A DNA stretch of 64,000 bases. Origin: Planctomycetota bacterium (lineage in GTDB: Bacteria; Planctomycetota; Brocadiia; JAADGH01). The stretch is from positions 192,001 to 256,000 of the forward strand of contig JBFMAD010000003.1 of the NCBI GenBank assembly GCA_040755855.1. The letters are read 5' to 3'. This document shows, in pieces, positions 57,481 through 64,000 of this stretch; within the stretch, counting starts at the first letter, position 1, and each line of letters begins with the position of its first letter. A program made the translations under genes and the position numbers. The notes beneath the pieces were generated by a model, which saw only the letters and a list, made by a program, of their open reading frames with translations, had not been told where the DNA came from and searched no databases.

Positions 57481-59934
57481 TCAACACCCGATGCACTTGG
57501 CAAAGGCGTTCTGGGCGTAGGCGCCGCCCCCGCCGGGCTTGCTCACCTTGAGCATGTTATTCGCGCCGGGCATCGTGTTCGAGCCGCCGATCTGGCCGAC
57601 AAGCCTGCCGTTTATGTTCACGTTTCCAAAGACCCCGGCAAGCAACGAGCCGGTCAGGTCGCCGGAGATACAGATACTCGCACGTTCCGCCGATCCCGTC
57701 ACATCAAATGTCCCGGCAAGGCCGCCTGTCACCAGTGCGACTTTCTGCAGGCTGCCGAGAGTGACAGAGGATCCGGCTTCAATGCCTTGAGACTCGCCAC
57801 CGAGAATCTGAACGCTCCCTACGTTTCCGCCCAACGCAAGGGTGGAGTTACCCTTGACGCCTCCTATGGCGCGGAACAGGGCCGTATTGCCTGTGACATG
57901 GACGAAGGAGTTATTCCCAATGGGGCCGTTGATGAGGCACTGCCGCAGGTCGCCGTTCACGTTCAACAGGCTGCCGCTTAGGCCCCCTGACAGGAGCATC
58001 GTGGTTGCGTTGCCCTGGATGGCGAAGAGGGAATTAGTCTGGCCGTGTAAGGCGGTAATCATGGCTGCGTTGCCGCCGACGCAAACGAAGGAGTTGCTTA
58101 TGCTCTTGCCGAATCGCAGGTTGGACACATTGCCGGAGACGGCCAGCCTGCCGCCGGCGAAGTCGCCGTTGAACGTGGCGTTGGTCAGGTTGCCGCCCAC
58201 CTTCACCATGAGGCCGTCCGCCGCGCCTTGGATGGTGAGCATGGCGAGGTCCAGATCAATCGAGATGTCGGCCTTCACAGCGCCGCGCGGCTCGGCCAGC
58301 ATAATCGCTCCGAAGGAGCCTCCCGTTGCGAAGATATGCCCCACGTTCAGGGTGTCGCCTCCCACGCCGGGGTTCATGTCGCGTATCGTGAGCATGGAGT
58401 TCTGCGCAGAATTGGTGATCTCAATGCTCGTGATCTCGTCGTCGGCGTTCGGCACGCCGCCGCCGTTTTTCCACTGGACGTCGGCCTTGCCCAGCCCGGA
58501 GTAGATCAACTTGACCAGATCGCCGTCGGAATCGCTGAACATGAAGGCTGAATTATCCTTGCTCAACTTGATGGAGGGAAGATACTTGCGGATGTAGATT
58601 TCGCCCATCCCTTGGGGGTTGTTCCACCACGTAACAACCGGCCGTTCGTCATGTCCGACTGCAATTGAGGGCATCCAGGAGCAGGGCTGGTCGTTGCTGA
58701 TCCCGCCGCCGACGGCGCTTCCCTTGCCCCACTCAACCCATGCCGAGCCGTTCCAGCCGCGAACAAGGATTTCGGAGTCGTTCCCGTCCCAGCCCTCCCA
58801 CGCGAGAAAGACATTGCCCCCAGGGCTTGTTGCGAGGGAGGGGTGTGTGCCGCCGCAACGGCCGCTCACGCCATAATACTTGGCGCTGTCCTTCCCCATG
58901 TCGGTCCATCCCCAGCCATCCCACCGCGTCAGATAGATCTTGGCGTTTTCCGTCCAGGCAATAATCGGGTTTCCGTCCGCTCCGGTTGTGATCGTCGGCT
59001 CTGCGGACCACGCCTTCGAGCAGCTTAACCCGCCGCCCGATGCGCTGTGCACGCCCATCTCCGCCCAGGCGTTCCCGTCCCATTTGCGGACATAGATATC
59101 GGGCAGATTGTTTGCGTTCGGTTGAACTTTCTCCCACGTGACGACGGGGTTTCCATCGCCGGCTACCGTAATTGCAGGATGCCTCGATGGGTCAACCGTG
59201 TTGCTGATTCCGCTTTCTCTGCAGCTATTCGCCCCCACCTCCACCCATGCCTCGCCGTCCCATCGTCGGACATAGATCTGATTGATCAAACCGTTGCCCG
59301 TGTTATATTGATCCTGCCAGGCCACGATGGGGTTGTCATCGTGATCAAGGGCGATGGAAGGATAGAGCGATTGCCACTCATTCTTGCTGATTCCTCCTCC
59401 GGATGCGCTCTCCACGCCCATCTCCACCCATTCGGCGCCGTCCCAGCGGCGAACGTAGATTTCTTCGGTTGAGGACGGATCGCCCTTCTCCCACAGGCTG
59501 CCATCGTGCCACGCGACAATCGGGTTGCCGTCGCGCCCGATTGCGATGCACGGACTCGCCGCGTCGGTCTTGCTGTTGTTGCTGATGCCATCGCCGGAGG
59601 CGCTGCCGCTTCCCATCTCGACCCACGAAGCGCCGTCCCAGCGGCGGACGTAAATCTGATAACAGAAAGTGCCTATGTCATATTCCTGCCAGGCGACGAC
59701 GGGCTTCCCGTCCGGCCCTATTGCCATTGCGGGTTCCACGGACTTTGTCGGTGTATCGCTGATCCCGCCGCCCGTGGCGCTTCCTTTGCCCATCTCTGTC
59801 CAGCAGTCTCCCGCGTTGAGATCAATCCAGTCCGGCCCGCCCATCCACGGAGGAAGGACGCCACTAAAAGGGGCGGGGACGGTTCGGCTTTCAAGCTCCT
59901 CGACCCGCAGATTGGTCTCAATTCTTGTTCCCAT
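57481..59934 (-). CDS. large extracellular protein: planctomycete-type N-terminal motif, 7-repeat beta-propeller, beta-helix-like C-terminus
   Basis: LRVEELESRTVPA; seven W.E.G..SA...GIS...P.IA...G.P.VAW...IYVRRWDG units; Gly-rich beta-solenoid repeats. Confidence 0.75.
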   Translation of the reverse strand: MGTRIETNLRVEELESRTVPAPFSGVLPPWMGGPDWIDLNAGDCWTEMGKGSATGGGISDTPTKSVEPAMAIGPDGKPVVAWQEYDIGTFCYQIYVRRWDGASWVEMGSGSASGDGISNNSKTDAASPCIAIGRDGNPIVAWHDGSLWEKGDPSSTEEIYVRRWDGAEWVEMGVESASGGGISKNEWQSLYPSIALDHDDNPIVAWQDQYNTGNGLINQIYVRRWDGEAWVEVGANSCRESGISNTVDPSRHPAITVAGDGNPVVTWEKVQPNANNLPDIYVRKWDGNAWAEMGVHSASGGGLSCSKAWSAEPTITTGADGNPIIAWTENAKIYLTRWDGWGWTDMGKDSAKYYGVSGRCGGTHPSLATSPGGNVFLAWEGWDGNDSEILVRGWNGSAWVEWGKGSAVGGGISNDQPCSWMPSIAVGHDERPVVTWWNNPQGMGEIYIRKYLPSIKLSKDNSAFMFSDSDGDLVKLIYSGLGKADVQWKNGGGVPNADDEITSIEITNSAQNSMLTIRDMNPGVGGDTLNVGHIFATGGSFGAIMLAEPRGAVKADISIDLDLAMLTIQGAADGLMVKVGGNLTNATFNGDFAGGRLAVSGNVSNLRFGKSISNSFVCVGGNAAMITALHGQTNSLFAIQGNATTMLLSGGLSGSLLNVNGDLRQCLINGPIGNNSFVHVTGNTALFRAIGGVKGNSTLALGGNVGSVQILGGESQGIEAGSSVTLGSLQKVALVTGGLAGTFDVTGSAERASICISGDLTGSLLAGVFGNVNINGRLVGQIGGSNTMPGANNMLKVSKPGGGGAYAQNAFAKCIGC

Positions 59935-60004
59935 TTTCGCGCTCCTGTTTCCTGTTCCCTGGTGTCAATCTTCTTTGCTTTGCATCACGTCTGGGCAGGA
60001 AGAA

Positions 60005-60020
60005 AGCAAGAGTCGTGCCA
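60005..60020 (-). promoter_or_regulatory. sigma54 promoter
   Basis: Minus strand TGGCACG-ACTC-TTGCT, a full consensus match, about 70 bp upstream of ATG 59934. Confidence 0.8.
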
Positions 60021-60280
60021 GAATTAGCAAAAAGTGCTATTATGGCCGAATTGGGCTAATGAAGGCAAAATACGGGCAAGTTTAGGAAACGGAGACATGC
60101 GCCAGGGCAGGAAAATAGCAAAATAGTTTGACACCTTTTTGGGCATTGTGCAACTATAATAATATTTTGCACTTGCCACCAGGTGCGCCATCCCTCACAC
60201 GGCGAATCCCAGGCGCGAGGGGCGGGCACACAGGCCCGCCCCCACAATCGCTTGCTCGAATTGGATTTGAGCAACAGACC

Positions 60281-62881
60281 CTATGAGACATATCCCCCGG
60301 GCGCGAGGGTGACGTAATCCACCTGCGCCCCCACAATGGGTACGCCGAAGGCGTTCGTGGGCTGGAAGCCGCCTGTGAACGGCGCTCCGCTGCCGCCGTT
60401 GGGTATCGCCGCCGCGCCGGCGGAGTCAATGGCATGGAGAGTGCCGTAGACATCTATGTTGCCGAAGATCAGCCCCCGCACAAGCATCCGCTGCAGTGTG
60501 CCGGTGTAGTATGTGAATCCCCATCCGTTGACGGCGGCCTCCCCGATGGTCACGATCGTGTTCTGCCCCATGTCCCCACCTATGACCACGGACGATGCGA
60601 CGACACGGATGTCCACCGTGGACGTGTCGTTCAGGCCCCGGCCGATATAAAGATGTGAACAGTCGCCGTCCACCAACAGTGCGCTGGCGCCCCACACGCC
60701 GTCGGCGATGTGGATCGCCGTGGCAGGAGGCATGTCTACGCCGCCGCCCAGCACGTTCAGGTTTGAGTTTTCCATTCGACCCGAGACGGAAAAACGGCCC
60801 AATCCATTGTTGAATGTAAACGTGGAATTCCACACATCGCCCCCGATCAGGGCCGAACCACAAGGCCCGAAGACGACTATGGTGGATGCCGCGTCCACAT
60901 CGTTCTGGATGACGATCCGGCCCACGCCGCCGGAGGCGGGGCCGGGCGCCGGGAAGGTGTTTGTGATGTTAATCTGCGAGTTGGATATGCCGCCGAGTAG
61001 CATCTGCCCGACGTGTTCCGTGAACGTAAGCCCCGTGTTCATCACGGCGCCGCCCACGCGGAAGAGATTGGTCATGCCGTCCATGTTGAGCACGGAGACG
61101 TCGAGAACCCCCGCGATGAGAAACATTCCGGTCTCGCCGGCGACGGCGGCGGTCAGGGCTGTTGCGTGGCCCATAACCCTGAAAAAGTCCAGCCCCCCTG
61201 CTCCGGCAAGTGCAACGGCATTTGCGTCGCCGAGGATCAACATCCTCTCCATCGGCGCGTTCCACGCAACATTCGAGCCGGACGCGTCCCCGCGGATCAT
61301 GAGCAAGTCGCAGCCGCCTGTGAACGTGAAGTTGCTGTTGGTGGCGGGCCCGCCTACATAGAAGCTCCCAACGGGGCCGGCGGCGTTGTAGGTAAAGGCG
61401 TTCGTAAAGTCCCCGGTTCTGAAGGAGGCATGTGGGCCTCCGACCGTCCAGACGACGGTGTCAATAGACCCGCCGATGATGGTCTGGCCGCAGGAACCGA
61501 GAAGGATGTTGAATGCCGAATTGCTCACATTGCCGCCGAACCAGAGACGGCTGAACGTCTGGCTGACTGCGGTGAGGGTGGTGTTTGTCACATCGCCCGA
61601 GACGCGGAAGGCAGCCGTATTTCCCGTCATGAGGTTGAAGACTGTATCGTTGATCGCGCCGTTGACGGCGATGAGCGACTGATTGCTGAACTGAGAGACT
61701 ATCTGTGCGTAGTCGCTGTTGCCACCTATGAGGAGCGTCCCCATGCTGCCGTTCGTCGTGATGATTGAGGCGGTGTCTGTGTTGGGCAGATCGCCCAGGA
61801 GGTCTCCCCCGATTGCGAGGCGACCGCAGCTCCCCCCCCCATTGATAGGCGTGACGTCCGCGCCGCCGCGGACGCTGCCGGCGATTTCGATCGTCCCCGC
61901 GCGCATGCCGGTAAGCGTGAGGGTCGTGCTGCTCGGTCCGCCGGAATTGTCGAGCAGGAGGTCCCCGCCGATATAGATCCGGCCACACGTCCCTCTGTTG
62001 AGGGCAATGGATGTGGCGATGGGCCCAAGCCCGCCCACGGGGGAGTTTTGCACAGTGCCCTGGACGTAGAGCCTCCCGACGTTGCCGTTGAGCGACTGGA
62101 ACAGCGTCCCCACCATGTCGCCATAGACGGAGAAAGACTGGACTCCCGAATAGAAATTGAATTCCGCAGGAGCGCTGACGAAGGCGTTGGACCAGGTGTT
62201 GCCATAGATATCAAACCGGTCGCAGCCGCTGCCGATGTTCACTCGCGTCCCGACCACATCCCCGCCCGTGATGCGCGCGCTGCCCAGGTGGCCGGCCACG
62301 TCAAGGTACCCTTGGAGCATGCCGCCCCCGGTCGAGAATGTCCCGAGGTCGCCCCCGATCGCGAAGCCGCATATCTCGGCGTAATTGTCAATCGCAATGG
62401 ACCTGACGGAACTGGTCGTCGTAACGCCGCCGTTGTAGAATGGACCGTGGATGTTTAACGACTGGAGTGGGCACGTCAGGTTGATGCCCGCAAAGCGAAC
62501 CTGCCCGATGCCCGATGAGGACAGGTCAATGACGCCCATAGCCCCGCCGCCGAAGTTTCTGATGTTATTGACGATGAGGTTGTCGCTCCCATCGCCGGCG
62601 ATGACATCGCGGATATAGAGCCGCGACTTGCCGGTCGTGCCGACCAGGTCCACGTACCAGAGGTTCTCATCGCCCGGCGTACCGGGGTCTGCGCCGGTGG
62701 AGTTCGCTAATGTCACCGACCCCGGACCATAGAATGTGACCTCGTCCAGGTCCCCGTCGAAGGCGTTGTATTGAAACGACATCCCATTGGTCAGGACCAC
62801 CGCCGGGGCGACGCGACGCTCCAGTTCCTGCACCTGCAAGTCCAATTTGATTCGTAAAGGCCGATGAACGTGGCTTTGCAT
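60281..62881 (-). CDS. large extracellular beta-helix-like protein with planctomycete-type N-terminal motif
   Basis: LQVQELERRVAPA, then about 20-aa Gly/Asn/Thr-rich repeats (..I.GD....); SD GGAGG before ATG 62881. Confidence 0.75.
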   Translation of the reverse strand: MQSHVHRPLRIKLDLQVQELERRVAPAVVLTNGMSFQYNAFDGDLDEVTFYGPGSVTLANSTGADPGTPGDENLWYVDLVGTTGKSRLYIRDVIAGDGSDNLIVNNIRNFGGGAMGVIDLSSSGIGQVRFAGINLTCPLQSLNIHGPFYNGGVTTTSSVRSIAIDNYAEICGFAIGGDLGTFSTGGGMLQGYLDVAGHLGSARITGGDVVGTRVNIGSGCDRFDIYGNTWSNAFVSAPAEFNFYSGVQSFSVYGDMVGTLFQSLNGNVGRLYVQGTVQNSPVGGLGPIATSIALNRGTCGRIYIGGDLLLDNSGGPSSTTLTLTGMRAGTIEIAGSVRGGADVTPINGGGSCGRLAIGGDLLGDLPNTDTASIITTNGSMGTLLIGGNSDYAQIVSQFSNQSLIAVNGAINDTVFNLMTGNTAAFRVSGDVTNTTLTAVSQTFSRLWFGGNVSNSAFNILLGSCGQTIIGGSIDTVVWTVGGPHASFRTGDFTNAFTYNAAGPVGSFYVGGPATNSNFTFTGGCDLLMIRGDASGSNVAWNAPMERMLILGDANAVALAGAGGLDFFRVMGHATALTAAVAGETGMFLIAGVLDVSVLNMDGMTNLFRVGGAVMNTGLTFTEHVGQMLLGGISNSQINITNTFPAPGPASGGVGRIVIQNDVDAASTIVVFGPCGSALIGGDVWNSTFTFNNGLGRFSVSGRMENSNLNVLGGGVDMPPATAIHIADGVWGASALLVDGDCSHLYIGRGLNDTSTVDIRVVASSVVIGGDMGQNTIVTIGEAAVNGWGFTYYTGTLQRMLVRGLIFGNIDVYGTLHAIDSAGAAAIPNGGSGAPFTGGFQPTNAFGVPIVGAQVDYVTLAPGGYVS

Positions 62882-63026
62882 AGCTTCCTCCTTCCAATTG
62901 ACAGATTGATGAATGATGGCCGCCATTTTGCCCGAAGCGGCGAAGGTTGTCAAGCGGTACTCCTCGTTTCTGCAATCGGCCTCGCATCTTGACTTCCCCG
63001 CGCTGCCGCGGTACGCTTGTGACACA

Positions 63027-63233
63027 ATGAGGAATCGGCAACTGCTCACAACTCCCCAACTACGTCTTTTATTTGCCGTGGCGGCTGTTCCGTTGCTTCT
63101 GGCTTCTTGCGTCTGCCTACGCCCAACCGGAGCGGGTGCAGCGCATGGCCAAGATGGTTTGGCCGATATCTGCTATTCGGGGATGCCCCATGATAGCGTG
63201 TGGGCGCCTGTGTTGCCGCAGAAAAGCATTTGA
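63027..63233 (+). CDS. small putative lipoprotein (68 aa)
   Basis: Hydrophobic stretch plus LLASC lipobox; TTGACT-N17-TACGCT just upstream. Confidence 0.4.
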   Translation: MRNRQLLTTPQLRLLFAVAAVPLLLASCVCLRPTGAGAAHGQDGLADICYSGMPHDSVWAPVLPQKSI

Positions 63234-63311
63234 CTTTTCGTCTCATGGATTGCTACCATATTTTCACGGCGCCGGCTGGATTCACCGGACAATTCCATAA
63301 CTCAAAGCAAG

Positions 63312-64000
63312 ATGGCCAAGCTGCTTATCGTCAAAGGAAAAGGACGCGGGACGGCCCTGGATCTGGGCGAGGGTGTCACGATCGGCCGTTCGCCGGAGAA
63401 TTCGCTTCAACTGCTCGACGAGCGCGTGTCCAAGGAACACGCGCGCATTGAGAAAAAGGGCGACCGGTACATCGTCCGCGACCTCGGCAGCAGCAACGGA
63501 ACCGTTCTCAACGGTATGGAGATCGAGGAAAGTCCCCTCGAACCGGGCGACGAGATCAAGCTCGGAAGCACCATCCTTGCCTTTGATCCCGGCTTCGATC
63601 TCCAGCATGCCCCGAACACCGACCGCGATGTGGTGATGTTCAGCGACTCGGCCCTCGGCGTGACGTCGGTGATCAGGTCGTCGGTCTCGGCGGTCGAATG
63701 CCCGGAGATTGACCGGCTGGAGGCGGCAAACCGCCGGCTGAAGGCGATCTATTCCATCGGCCACGCCCTGACCCTGGCTGACGGTCTGCCGAAGCTGTTG
63801 GCCGAAATCCTCCGCCTCACCATGGAGGCCCTTGGCCAGGGCGATGGGGTTATCCTCCTCAAGAAGGGCGGGAACGGCGATATGTCGCCGGCGGCGGTGG
63901 CGGTCTCAGGCAAGGGTGCGGAGGGGCTGGCGATCAGCCGCACAATCATTGACCAGTGCATAGCGGAGAACAAGGCCGTCCTCACCGCCGACGCGAAGCA
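63312..64000 (+). CDS. FHA + GAF domain signalling protein (runs off the window end)
   Basis: Hand translation gives MAKLLIVKG..TIGR...N..L.D.RVSKEHA.I....VRDLGSSNGT.LNG (FHA), then ISRTII..C...KAVL..DA (GAF). It has no stop in the window, so it is absent from the ORF track. Confidence 0.85.
   Translation, partial: MAKLLIVKGKGRGTALDLGEGVTIGRSPENSLQLLDERVSKEHARIEKKGDRYIVRDLGSSNGTVLNGMEIEESPLEPGDEIKLGSTILAFDPGFDLQHAPNTDRDVVMFSDSALGVTSVIRSSVSAVECPEIDRLEAANRRLKAIYSIGHALTLADGLPKLLAEILRLTMEALGQGDGVILLKKGGNGDMSPAAVAVSGKGAEGLAISRTIIDQCIAENKAVLTADAK

Noticed and set aside
1..64000. tRNA, rRNA, integrase, reverse transcriptase or prophage structural genes
   Set aside because: None recognised by eye. 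A tRNAscan-SE/Infernal run would be needed to exclude small RNAs.

Overview
GC-rich bacterial window, most likely from a Planctomycetota-like organism. This is inferred from the planctomycete-type L.V..LE.R..PA N-terminal motifs, the H-X9-DG-like prepilin protein, the MoxR/DUF58/BatA cluster and the many sulfatases and CAZymes. It holds about 45 coding regions. I saw no rRNA, tRNA or CRISPR array. Main blocks: (i) a sulfatase and GT-C/TPR pair converging on a sigma54-driven type IV pilin; (ii) a Ser/Thr kinase with a Cys-rich tail; (iii) a prepilin/DUF4388/Zn-ribbon trio; (iv) a MoxR-DUF58-BatA-vWA-DUF4175-like-DUF4159 operon ending in a nucleotidase-fold tetraheme lipoprotein; (v) a 5.7-kb accessory island (about 30.7-36.4 kb); (vi) a multi-PAS two-component system; (vii) a PqqD/RRE-FtsX-ABC operon; (viii) carbohydrate enzymes; (ix) a CHASE2 cyclase next to two large non-Sec extracellular proteins. 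The island is the best candidate for an undescribed system, probably anti-phage or stress-triggered. It carries HigB, a HigA-IrrE peptidase fusion, a Beta-family protein and a convergent sce7726-type nuclease, plus a chimeric protein with an IS1595-type DNA-binding module and stacked REP-like palindromes. All family calls come from recognising motifs by eye; no database searches were run.
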